64,000 nt of DNA, from the NCBI GenBank assembly GCA_020353515.1, contig CP070695.1:948127-1012126 (forward strand), read 5' to 3'. The notes under the pieces are model-generated. The model was not told the DNA's origin. It searched no databases and saw only the letters and a program-made list of their open reading frames with translations. Source of the stretch: Candidatus Heimdallarchaeota archaeon (GTDB taxonomy: Archaea; Asgardarchaeota; Heimdallarchaeia; Hodarchaeales; Hodarchaeaceae). Of the stretch, positions 49,473 through 58,673 are shown piece by piece (within the stretch, counting starts at the first letter, position 1; the number at the start of each line of letters is the position of its first letter). The translations under genes and the position numbers were made by a program.

Positions 49473-50021
49473 TTGTCAGATTTAAACAGTCCACTAGGAA
49501 TAGAAAAGATCGTGATCTCACCTAAGAGATTTATATATGTTAAACTCTGGGGACCTTCTCATCATGCTCAATGGGGAATGACACGGTCTTCAATAGAACT
49601 TCAGGAGACAAGAATCTCTGATGATAAACAACCGTCTTATGGTAAGCCTATTCGACTCCCTTGTGATGGTTCTACAGCTCTAATTGCTGATTTAATTTCA
49701 AACTACATTATTGAAGGCAGACAGCTAAATAACCAGTTTAAAAATCAACAGAACCAAAAATCTCGTCCTTCACCGATACCGAAATCGTCAAAACCTGACC
49801 TATCGCCTCTTGAAATCGAAGATCTAGTACTTAAGGAGTTTAAAAACCAAAAATTATCCAAAACAAGAATTTTGACAAAATTATCCGAAAAAGGGGTTGA
49901 AATCGATAGTAAAAAATTATTGCAGGCCCTTGAATCATTAGCACATCAGGAGAAGATTTCAAAAGAATCAGCTGTTCACACTTCTTCTGGTACAAAATAT
50001 TATCTTTGGGGGTTTCCATAG
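49473..50021 (+). CDS. hypothetical two-domain protein (PC4-like N-terminus? plus C-terminal winged helix)
   Basis: Beta-rich N domain, Pro/Ser/Gln linker, wHTH-like C-terminus. Confidence 0.55.
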   Translation: MSDLNSPLGIEKIVISPKRFIYVKLWGPSHHAQWGMTRSSIELQETRISDDKQPSYGKPIRLPCDGSTALIADLISNYIIEGRQLNNQFKNQQNQKSRPSPIPKSSKPDLSPLEIEDLVLKEFKNQKLSKTRILTKLSEKGVEIDSKKLLQALESLAHQEKISKESAVHTSSGTKYYLWGFP

Positions 50022-50040
50022 ATTGCTGGAGAATTGAGCT

Positions 50041-51219
50041 TTGCAGCGATCAGGATTTGCAGAAATGCCTCTACATCCTGGTAAGACTCCTCGATGGTTA
50101 TTTCAACGAATGGAAAAACTGACAAAAGAAATTTGTCAAATTATTCTTGATGAATACGGTTCGCGTGAATTATTATACCGTTTAAGTAATCCCTTTTTTT
50201 TCCAAGCATTGGCCTGTGTTATAGGATTTGACTGGCATTCTTCAGGAACAACCACCACAACCTGCGGGGCCCTTAAAACAGCGTTAAACACTATTACAGA
50301 TACTTCAAGCCAGATTTTTGTTGCAGGAGGAAAGGGTCGTGTTTCAAAACAAACCCCGAAAGAACTGTTAAGCCTTAATAACCACTTAGAGACAAATTTT
50401 TCGGAAGAAGACATCTTGAATTTCATTCGTGCCAGTAAATTATCAGCAAAAGTAGATAATACAGTTATTCAGGATACATTTCAACTCTATCATCATTGTT
50501 TTTTTATAGATTCCGTTGGTAACTATACAGTAATCCAACAAGGGATGAATACCAAATGGGCTAGACGGTATCATTGGACGTCTGAAAAGAATAAAGGGGG
50601 AATGAAAGAAGGATCGTTTAGTGAAAATCCGCGGGATTTGATTGCCTGTGACTATGTTATTAATGATACACTAGATCTTACGGCGAAAGAAAGTGAACAA
50701 ACCCGACATTGCATTTTAGATTTGATTAATGATAATCCTATTCATTTGAAAAAGTATTTTCGTGGAAGGAAGGGTGCAACATTACCTTTAGATTTTTTTC
50801 TGGAACTAAGAAATGATATACAAAATTCTCCCTTATTACCAATGCCCGCTCGTCATCACATACTTCCAATAGATCTTGGAGATTCAGAATTCCAAGTATT
50901 ACTATCTGCCTATGAGCAGCAACCAAATCAATTTGATGATTTAATTGAAATCCAAGGGATAGGACCAAAAAAACTACGGGCACTCACATTGGTCTCTGAA
51001 TTAGTTTTTGGTACCCAAGTAAGCTGGAAAGATCCTGTAAAATACTCCTTCGCTCATGGAGGAAAGGATAGAATTCCTTTTCCTGTTGACCGCAATGTTT
51101 ATGATTCAACCATTGATACATTGAGATCCGCTATTGATAATGCCAAATTATCCAATAAAAAACAACTCAAAGCTTTAAAGAAGCTAGCTCTTTTTTCTAC
51201 ACAACTAAAATGTCAGTGA
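50041..51219 (+). CDS. DUF763 family protein
   Basis: LH.G..PRWL, DWHSSGTTT, AGGKG, AKVDN...QD...LYHH, QQGMN, ARRYHW, SFAHGGKD; HhH GIGPK. Confidence 0.9.
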   Translation: MQRSGFAEMPLHPGKTPRWLFQRMEKLTKEICQIILDEYGSRELLYRLSNPFFFQALACVIGFDWHSSGTTTTTCGALKTALNTITDTSSQIFVAGGKGRVSKQTPKELLSLNNHLETNFSEEDILNFIRASKLSAKVDNTVIQDTFQLYHHCFFIDSVGNYTVIQQGMNTKWARRYHWTSEKNKGGMKEGSFSENPRDLIACDYVINDTLDLTAKESEQTRHCILDLINDNPIHLKKYFRGRKGATLPLDFFLELRNDIQNSPLLPMPARHHILPIDLGDSEFQVLLSAYEQQPNQFDDLIEIQGIGPKKLRALTLVSELVFGTQVSWKDPVKYSFAHGGKDRIPFPVDRNVYDSTIDTLRSAIDNAKLSNKKQLKALKKLALFSTQLKCQ

Positions 51220-51273
51220 TTAGTAGAAAAAAATCTACTAACTAAGATTTCTATTATGTAGGTATCCTAGCAC

Positions 51274-51331
51274 TATAAATATTAGACAATTAAAAGCAAA
51301 TTAGAGTCAACTTTGCATTGTGATCGAGGTG
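51274..51331 (+). promoter_or_regulatory. putative TATA box and Shine-Dalgarno of the roadblock operon
   Basis: TATAAATA at 51274-51281; GAGGTG at 51326-51331 before TTG 51341. Confidence 0.4.
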
Positions 51332-51340
51332 CGATAGAGA

Positions 51341-51730
51341 TTGCTCGAAGACACAAGGAATGAACTGAGAACAATTTTAGAAAATGTCTTCCAACAAAAC
51401 TCACAGATCCAATTGATCTCCTTAATAACTCCTGAAGGACTTCCAATTTTAACATTTAACCGTGACACAGAGGAAGGAGTCTCCGAGCTTACAGATTCAG
51501 GTATTTTAAATAGATATGCTGCTCTTGCAGGAGCAAGTGCCTCCCTTGGGGACAGAACTCTCTCAACTTTTTCACCAGAAAAAGTTCGCTTAATACACGT
51601 ACAAGGGAATACCAGAGATATCGCAATCGCAATTTCACCTCATTTGATATCTTTAGTAGTAACGGATCCCTCTGGAAGTCCAAATCTTATTGCAGAAAAG
51701 TTAAATACTGAACTAAAAGCGAAATTATAA
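51341..51730 (+). CDS. roadblock/LC7 domain protein
   Basis: LITPEGLPI, AALAGASASLGDR, IHVQG, LVVT. Confidence 0.88.
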   Translation: MLEDTRNELRTILENVFQQNSQIQLISLITPEGLPILTFNRDTEEGVSELTDSGILNRYAALAGASASLGDRTLSTFSPEKVRLIHVQGNTRDIAIAISPHLISLVVTDPSGSPNLIAEKLNTELKAKL

Positions 51731-51750
51731 TCAATGGACATGAATTATTA

Positions 51751-53712
51751 ATGGATTCTCTTCAATGGTTTGAGATAACTAAAGAGGCTCTGACTCTGGC
51801 GGAATCTGATCTTGATGTTTCTCAACTTGATTCAATAGTCTTAATTCAGCTAGATCCAGAAATTCAAACATTTTCGACTACTGAACCACAAATAGATATC
51901 AAAACCTCAACTCTACTTGGACAAACATGGCATTACATCGTCGATCTTTTAACAGACGAGTTACTGATAGAATCTTGGAACTCTCTTTCCATCAAAAGTC
52001 GCAATAAAGCAATTTCAATCCATTCACTTGGACACAATGTAGTACTTGTAGTCATATCTGATGCTGCAATTGATACAATAGATATCATCAAGGTAATTCT
52101 GAAGTATATTTTTCAAATAGGTTATCAAGACAAGTATGAAACTGTTGGGCTTGTGTCAACAGATGGTTTCCCAGTCTGGGTTACTTCGATCGAAGAAATA
52201 GATGATTTTCTCTTCGCAATTTCTATTACATCACTTCTCTCCCTTGTTGAACGAATAGATATGGAAGTTTCTGCTGGTGGAGTAGGTGCTTGTATCCTTC
52301 AAGGAACCGAAAATTTGCTTCTGAATGTCGCGTTTAATCCCTCCCAGGACTTGGTACTAGCAGTGACTCAAAAGGGGTCAAATATTGAGGATGTTGCTCT
52401 TGACTTAGAATTAAGTTCTCTCTATCAAAAGACTGCTGATCCTGTATTATTCAGTGCGATAGTTCCTGAAATCACTGATGAAGATCGAGAACGAATGTTG
52501 GAAGAAATCCGTCAAGCATTTGAAGGTGAAACAACAGAAGAAGAAATCCAAACCCTAAATGTGTTTGATACTGAAATGCTTAGTTCTCTCGAAAATGAAA
52601 TCAAGACAGTTGCGAAAAAATATGGTGCTAAAGAAATCTCTATTGGCTATTTACGTAAACGGATGAAATTACCTGCAGAGGTCCTTTCCATGGCACTACA
52701 GTATCTTATTGGAGAGGGAACGATAGAAGGACGAATTGGAACAGAAAGAAAAACTGGAAGTGAGATCTTGGTAGTTGATATTGTTTCAGAAAGAAGTGAA
52801 CAAGATCAAAAAACATTAGATTTAGTCAAAGATCAAATTAGTGAGATCTTCAATCCTATAAACACTCATCTTTCTCAACTCCCAGAAGCCCATCTACCTG
52901 AAACAGCGGTTCAAGAAGAATTAATCACTGAAACACTAGGCGAATTCCAGATTATGCTAACTTTATCAGATACAGATCCTTTATTTTTGTTAACAAATGA
53001 TTTACGGATTGCAGGAACACAAATAGAAGGTTCAGTTAAATCACTGGTTCTTACCAAAAAACAGCTTTCAGAAACAGAACCAGATGATGTTCTTCGAGCC
53101 GAGCTCGAACGACGAGTAACAAATTTGGATGAGAAAATATCTGAACAAAAATTAACGATCATAGGTAAAGCTAAAAGATTTTATGAAGATCTCCTCAATT
53201 CTTATCGTCTTATATTCAGATTACTTCCCCCACCAAACAAGTTCAGAAGATCAAGGGGGAAAAAAATTGCAAACATCATCTTTACGTGCCCTGGTCACAA
53301 CTGCGAAAAATATGTTCGAATTCGGGATAACATATCGACATGGGTAAAATTATATGTTTTTGCGAATCTGTTGGGAATTCAAAAGGATGATTTTTCTGTG
53401 AAATTTCCACCTAATATCGTTAAGTTAAGATCTTCCATCGAAGATCGTCTTAATAGGCTTTCTTCTTTGATAAGTGATTCAGAAATGACTATTAACTTGG
53501 AATTAGCAGATTATTTATTTATTGAAAACTTAGATGATCTTTTAATAACCAATACTCAGAGAGATAAGGCTATTAATATACTTAAACGAGTAAAGATTGA
53601 ACAAAACCTTGAAGAAAAGGATTTTTACTCACTTTTTACTCAATGTAATTCATGTAACAAATGGTATTGCACAGAACATATGTCTACAACAAATAAATGC
53701 CAAAATTGTTAA
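51751..53712 (+). CDS. multidomain protein: tandem roadblock, PCI-like winged helix, coiled coil, split zinc finger
   Basis: VSTDGFPV...SLLSLVER (roadblock); EISIGYL..LIGEGTIEGRI (PCI-like); CPGHNC...CNSC-x4-CTEH-x6-CQNC. Confidence 0.7.
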   Translation: MDSLQWFEITKEALTLAESDLDVSQLDSIVLIQLDPEIQTFSTTEPQIDIKTSTLLGQTWHYIVDLLTDELLIESWNSLSIKSRNKAISIHSLGHNVVLVVISDAAIDTIDIIKVILKYIFQIGYQDKYETVGLVSTDGFPVWVTSIEEIDDFLFAISITSLLSLVERIDMEVSAGGVGACILQGTENLLLNVAFNPSQDLVLAVTQKGSNIEDVALDLELSSLYQKTADPVLFSAIVPEITDEDRERMLEEIRQAFEGETTEEEIQTLNVFDTEMLSSLENEIKTVAKKYGAKEISIGYLRKRMKLPAEVLSMALQYLIGEGTIEGRIGTERKTGSEILVVDIVSERSEQDQKTLDLVKDQISEIFNPINTHLSQLPEAHLPETAVQEELITETLGEFQIMLTLSDTDPLFLLTNDLRIAGTQIEGSVKSLVLTKKQLSETEPDDVLRAELERRVTNLDEKISEQKLTIIGKAKRFYEDLLNSYRLIFRLLPPPNKFRRSRGKKIANIIFTCPGHNCEKYVRIRDNISTWVKLYVFANLLGIQKDDFSVKFPPNIVKLRSSIEDRLNRLSSLISDSEMTINLELADYLFIENLDDLLITNTQRDKAINILKRVKIEQNLEEKDFYSLFTQCNSCNKWYCTEHMSTTNKCQNC

Positions 53713-53735
53713 GGTTAAAATAGAGGCCTAATGGC

Positions 53736-54524
53736 ATGAAATTAGTGGTAGGTATAGACATAGGTTCGTTAACGGCGAAGATTATAGTATTATCGGTTTC
53801 AGAACAAAAAGACGATAATTTTAATCAGAAGTATTCTTTTATAAGACGTGTAGGATACAATCCAGCAGCAGTGGCTAATGATTTAATAAGTAAAGCAATG
53901 AATGCTTTAAAAGTAAACAATTTTGATTATACTATTTCTACTGGGTATGGTAGAAAATTAGCTAGAACCAATGAAAATATTACAGAGATTACCTGTCATG
54001 CCAAAGGTGCTTTCTCTATTAATTCTAAGATTCGAACTATAGTTGATATTGGAGGGCAGGATTCGAAGGTTATACAAATCAACAACAGTGGACAAGTCCA
54101 AGATTTTGAAATGAATGATAAATGTAGCGCGGGAACTGGTCGTTTTTTGGAAGTTATGGCTAACGCCCTTGAGGTTGAAATATCGGAATTTGGTAATCAA
54201 GCTCTTATCTCAACGGATCCCGCATCTATCTCAAGTATCTGCACTGTTTTTGCTGAATCCGAGGTTATTTCTAGAATAAATCAAGGAACCAACAGATTGG
54301 ATATCATTGCTGGCATACATAGAACTATTGCTATAAAAATTGCAGCTCTAGCTGCTCGAGTTGGGATAAATCCTATGGTAGCTTTAACAGGTGGGGTTGC
54401 TCTAAACCCAGGAGTGAAGAAAATGCTTGAAGATCAATTGAATGTTGTAATTGAGGTTCCAGAGCATCCACAAATGGTAGGTGCACTAGGAGCTGCATTA
54501 ATAGCTGCTGAACGCCTCCAATGA
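53736..54524 (+). CDS. 2-hydroxyacyl-CoA dehydratase activase (HgdC/BadF-type ASKHA ATPase)
   Basis: GIDIGS, TGYGR, EITCH, DIGGQDSK, MNDKCSAGTG, CTVFAESE, GGVA.N. Confidence 0.92.
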   Translation: MKLVVGIDIGSLTAKIIVLSVSEQKDDNFNQKYSFIRRVGYNPAAVANDLISKAMNALKVNNFDYTISTGYGRKLARTNENITEITCHAKGAFSINSKIRTIVDIGGQDSKVIQINNSGQVQDFEMNDKCSAGTGRFLEVMANALEVEISEFGNQALISTDPASISSICTVFAESEVISRINQGTNRLDIIAGIHRTIAIKIAALAARVGINPMVALTGGVALNPGVKKMLEDQLNVVIEVPEHPQMVGALGAALIAAERLQ

Positions 54525-54540
54525 TCTAGAGGAAATAAGA

Positions 54541-55515
54541 ATGGCTAGCATCTTCAAAAATTTGACTATATCGGATGTTAAAGAGACTTTTTCTCAGATT
54601 CGACCCTATGTGATTTCAACACCACTGATACGATCTTATCAGTTAGAACAAATAATCGATAAAGAAATATACCTGAAACTAGAATATCTACAACCCACAC
54701 GATCTTTTAAAATCCGAGGAGCTTGTGCTAAAGCTTTATCATTAGAAAAAGAGGTCTTATCTCAGGGTTTAGTGACTGCATCTGGTGGTAACCATGGTTT
54801 GGGTGTCTGTTATGCAGGAAAAGAACTTAATGCACCTGTTGTAGTATTTCTTCCCAAAAGCACAGCCAAAGAGAAAGTTGAAAAAATCAGGAAATGGGGA
54901 GGAAAAACCGTCCTATACGGAGAGGCATGGGATGAAGCTAATAGTAAAGCTCAAGAATATGCACGAGGGAAAGAGCAAACCTATGTTCATCCCTTCGATG
55001 ACCTTACAGTTGTTAGAGGCCAAGGAACTATCGCATTAGAACTTCTGGATCAGAATCCATATTTGGATGCTATCATTGCATCTGTAGGAGGAGGAGGATT
55101 GATTAGTGGGTTGGGAGTGGTAGCAAGTCAGATGAAACCCGAAATAAAAATATTTGGTGTAGAAACGATCGGTTGTGATGCCGTAACACAGAGTTTTAGG
55201 GTCGGCTATCCTGTTACATTGTCCGCAATAACTAGTATTGCAGACACACTTGGGGCGAAAAAAACCACTGAGGCCACTTTAGCCAGAATAAAAGCAGTTG
55301 TCAACGATATGCAGACTGTTACAGATAAAGAAGCATTAGATGCGTTAAAATTGCTGCTAGATAAAGAAAAGATTCTTGTAGAACCTGCTACTTCGTGTTC
55401 TATCGCAGCATTATTACTAAACAAGTTTAATTTATCAGAAGTCAAGAAAATAGGGATTATTTTATGTGGTGCAAATGTTTCTCTAAGACAATTAAAGGAA
55501 TGGAAAGTTATTTAG
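54541..55515 (+). CDS. PLP threonine/serine dehydratase family
   Basis: SFKIRGA, SGGNHG, HPFD, GQGT, VGGGGL, CGAN; no ACT domain. Confidence 0.9.
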   Translation: MASIFKNLTISDVKETFSQIRPYVISTPLIRSYQLEQIIDKEIYLKLEYLQPTRSFKIRGACAKALSLEKEVLSQGLVTASGGNHGLGVCYAGKELNAPVVVFLPKSTAKEKVEKIRKWGGKTVLYGEAWDEANSKAQEYARGKEQTYVHPFDDLTVVRGQGTIALELLDQNPYLDAIIASVGGGGLISGLGVVASQMKPEIKIFGVETIGCDAVTQSFRVGYPVTLSAITSIADTLGAKKTTEATLARIKAVVNDMQTVTDKEALDALKLLLDKEKILVEPATSCSIAALLLNKFNLSEVKKIGIILCGANVSLRQLKEWKVI

Positions 55516-55571
55516 TTGACATTAGTTAACCGTCCCTACCATTTTATCGAAATGAATCTTAGGAAGAAAGT

Positions 55572-56084
55572 ATGATGAACGTATTGGAACTTTTAAAAAC
55601 CCGTAGAAGTATTCGAAAATATAAATCAACGCCAGTTGAACCTGAAAAACTTGATAAATGCCTGGAGGCAGCTCAGTGGGCGCCATCCGCCTCGAATAAG
55701 CAGCCTTGGGAATTTTTGATCGTAACTGATGAAAAAAAGAGGAAAAGATTAGCTGAAATTCATCCTTATGGAAAGTTTGTTGCAGAAAGTCCAGTTGTTT
55801 TTATTCCTCTAACTAATCCCGAAGTTCATCCTAAATATCATCATGCCGATACAGCATTGGCTACATTGCAATTTATGATTGCTGCTCATTCCCTACAACT
55901 AGGTACGTGTTGGGCTGGAGTTATTAATTCAGATATAGAACCTAATATCAAGGATTTGTTAAAAATCCCAAATCATTTAAAGGTTCTCGCTCTCGTGGCT
56001 GTTGGTTATGCTAATGAAACTCGTACTTCCAAGCGAAAACCCCTTGAGAGTCTAGTTCATAAAGAATCGTATGGTTTAAAATGA
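55572..56084 (+). CDS. nitroreductase family protein
   Basis: RRSIRKY, APSASNKQPW, LGTCW, terminal RKP. Confidence 0.92.
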   Translation: MMNVLELLKTRRSIRKYKSTPVEPEKLDKCLEAAQWAPSASNKQPWEFLIVTDEKKRKRLAEIHPYGKFVAESPVVFIPLTNPEVHPKYHHADTALATLQFMIAAHSLQLGTCWAGVINSDIEPNIKDLLKIPNHLKVLALVAVGYANETRTSKRKPLESLVHKESYGLK

Positions 56085-56103
56085 AAGCAAAAAATATGTA
56101 TTT

Positions 56104-56173
56104 TGAGCCCCTAATGTTCGAAAGGCATATGTCTGATTCATGATGACTGAACAGTTCCGAAAAATGGGGTTCA
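56104..56173 (+). ncRNA. candidate box C/D guide sRNA
   Basis: 8-bp terminal stem TGAGCCCC/GGGGTTCA enclosing degenerate C (ATGTTCGA), 11 nt, D' CTGA, ttc, C' ATGATGA, 10 nt, D CCGA. Confidence 0.45.
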
Positions 56174-56230
56174 CCAATGTTCTATTGTCCTTAAAAAATA
56201 GTAATTCTTAGTAAATCGGTTGGGAATTGT

Positions 56231-58591
56231 CTATCTAAGTGATAGTTGTAATGCTAGATTCTCTTGGGTAAAACGTCCAAATGCAACTAAATCCGCTTGA
56301 CCTTGTTTTATTGCTTGTTCTGCAGAGTCAATATCAAAATCACCACTGCAAACAATCGGGATATGAGGAAGATCATCTTTTACTTTTTGAATAAACCGTT
56401 CTATACCTACTTCCTCATCTTTTACCTCGCTATATAAGTAATCAATGCAGAGTAATTCGATTCCCGCTCTTTCGATGTATTTAACAACTGTGGAAAGCTC
56501 ATCATCAGGTAAACCGCGAAAAGGAGCTGAGATGTAATATGCAAGCATGATTTCTTGTGGAAGAGTAGCACGAATCGCTTTAGCAACCTCTAGAGGGAAT
56601 TGGATTCGATTTATGAATGATCCACCATATTCATCAGTTCGTTTGTTGTATTCTGGTGATATGAATTGACCAAGTAAGTCTGGTTTTTCTTGTATCATAC
56701 TTGAAGATATTTCAACTATATCAAAACCAGCACGAGCAGCACGAATTGCAGCTTCAGCAAACTCATTTCGAATTTGTGAAATCTGTCCCAACGTCAAGGA
56801 ACGAGGTGGATCACGATCAGATATAGGAATTGCAGAAGGCGCAAGTGGCTGCACACCACATATTGCCTTCTTCGTTGCTCCTCCTGCATGAGTTAAACGA
56901 ATTCCGATCAAAGACCCATTTTTATGAACCTGCTCAACAACCTGTGCTAAACGAGATATGACATAATCATCATGAATTCCAATTTGATGAGGATGACTTT
57001 TCCCTTGGAGAGAGATGTAAGCTGGCTCTATATAGACTAATCCAGCACCATCTTGAGCAGCTTTTCTATAGTAAGATATCGCTTCGTAAGAAATCTGCCC
57101 ATTCACAATTTCTCCAGTTTTAATTCCACTAATCGAAGAAGAAGGCATTACTACACGATTACGAGCTTTCAATCTCCCTAACTGATAAGTACGAGTTAAG
57201 ATCGATTCTTTAGGTACACGATTTCTAATAAAAAGTATCAATAAAGTTGCAATGGTATAAAGAGTGGCAGTGAACATAAATACATATAGGAAACCATAAT
57301 TATCTACTATAAAACCCCCTATTGAAGCAGAAACAGACCAAAACATTCCCCAAGCCAAAGTTTCTAGAGAATTCCATTTGGCACGGGAAGCAGAGGGAAC
57401 TATATCCATAACAATCGATCGACTCACAGGCCCAGCTGCATTCATTAATGCATTACGACTAATATAAAAAAATACAAGAAAAAGAACTGATAAGGAATAC
57501 GTTATGGTATGATTCAGGTAAAGTACAAGATTAATCATTAATCCAACCAAGCAGATAATTGCGAGTCCTTGAGTGAAAAACATCGATCCAATACGACCAA
57601 GAATTCGAATCATTCGCTGAGCAAGCAAACCTGCTAAACCTGTAACAATACTTGTAATACACATAATAGTATAAGTAAAAAAAGGGGGTAGACCGTAACC
57701 TATTTCTGAACTCGCAAAGAGAATAGGGAAAAAGGCTACTGTCGCTCCAGCTCCAAAACCAATTATAATTCCACTAATAACGATTACACTAGGGGTAATT
57801 ACCTCATAAAAAAACGGTATTCCAAAGATTGTCACAACAGGAGTCCCCCTTACTACTTCAACTCCTTCTTTTGGGAGGGTGGTTGAAGTGGGGGAATCTT
57901 GAATTCTTGTCACGAGAGCTTTATTGTCAGAAGCAAAAACAATTGCTAAGTATGCAAATAATGAAGTAAAAGCTGCCATAAGGATAAGATTTTGAAGTAA
58001 TTTGAGATCCCAAGTGTCACCAAGAAATAGTGTGGATCCAGCTGCTATAGCAGGACCTATAGCGGATGCGACGAGATTAGCAAAGAACATCTTTGCAAAC
58101 ACTTGACTCCGTCGTCCTGGTTCTATAGAGTCTGCAATTAATGCTTGTCCTGCTGGACCAGATAATCCCCACCCTATTCCTCCAAGTATCTCACTAACAA
58201 TAAGTGCTGTCAGAGCTGTTTGGGGATTCCCTACCAAAGTTGTGGCATAGATAAGTGTCACTTGTGCTAGAACACCAAAAATCACAGAAATTCGTATTAA
58301 AAGATCCCTTCGGTATCTATCTGCGAAAATCCCAGACGGTATAACGAAAATAGTGGAAGCAATTCCTTGTATTGTGAAAAGATTACCGAGAATTATATTA
58401 GTTTGTCCTAATCCATTAGGGGTATTATTTGTAACGAAAATTGAAAATGCTACCTGAATGATACCCATTCCAAGAGCAAAACTTATTGTTTGGATATAAG
58501 CCAGCCTAACATTCCAATTCATTTTTCTTTTCACTTTTTTTTCCGAACATTCAATCATAAGGATAAGTATATTACTTCGATAGATTTTCAT
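56231..58591 (-). CDS. MFS transporter fused to a degenerate NADH:flavin oxidoreductase (OYE) domain
   Basis: MFS motif GIFADRYRRD and about 12 TM to aa ~455; then NRVVMP, HAG, AGFD.VEI, QFISP..NKRTDEYGGS..NR, AFGR; start may be ATG 58522. Confidence 0.88.
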   Translation of the reverse strand: MKIYRSNILILMIECSEKKVKRKMNWNVRLAYIQTISFALGMGIIQVAFSIFVTNNTPNGLGQTNIILGNLFTIQGIASTIFVIPSGIFADRYRRDLLIRISVIFGVLAQVTLIYATTLVGNPQTALTALIVSEILGGIGWGLSGPAGQALIADSIEPGRRSQVFAKMFFANLVASAIGPAIAAGSTLFLGDTWDLKLLQNLILMAAFTSLFAYLAIVFASDNKALVTRIQDSPTSTTLPKEGVEVVRGTPVVTIFGIPFFYEVITPSVIVISGIIIGFGAGATVAFFPILFASSEIGYGLPPFFTYTIMCITSIVTGLAGLLAQRMIRILGRIGSMFFTQGLAIICLVGLMINLVLYLNHTITYSLSVLFLVFFYISRNALMNAAGPVSRSIVMDIVPSASRAKWNSLETLAWGMFWSVSASIGGFIVDNYGFLYVFMFTATLYTIATLLILFIRNRVPKESILTRTYQLGRLKARNRVVMPSSSISGIKTGEIVNGQISYEAISYYRKAAQDGAGLVYIEPAYISLQGKSHPHQIGIHDDYVISRLAQVVEQVHKNGSLIGIRLTHAGGATKKAICGVQPLAPSAIPISDRDPPRSLTLGQISQIRNEFAEAAIRAARAGFDIVEISSSMIQEKPDLLGQFISPEYNKRTDEYGGSFINRIQFPLEVAKAIRATLPQEIMLAYYISAPFRGLPDDELSTVVKYIERAGIELLCIDYLYSEVKDEEVGIERFIQKVKDDLPHIPIVCSGDFDIDSAEQAIKQGQADLVAFGRFTQENLALQLSLR

Positions 58592-58673
58592 TATAAGTAG
58601 TAAATAGCTGAAATTAACCCCTAAAAGCTAATTTAATGCTGGAATTACGGCGAATAATGATATCAAAATTAAT

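Noticed and set aside
56082-56173. SECIS element with Sec readthrough of the nitroreductase TGA
   Set aside because: The TGA is at the natural protein end, readthrough adds only a short meaningless tail, and the hairpin lacks SECIS helix geometry
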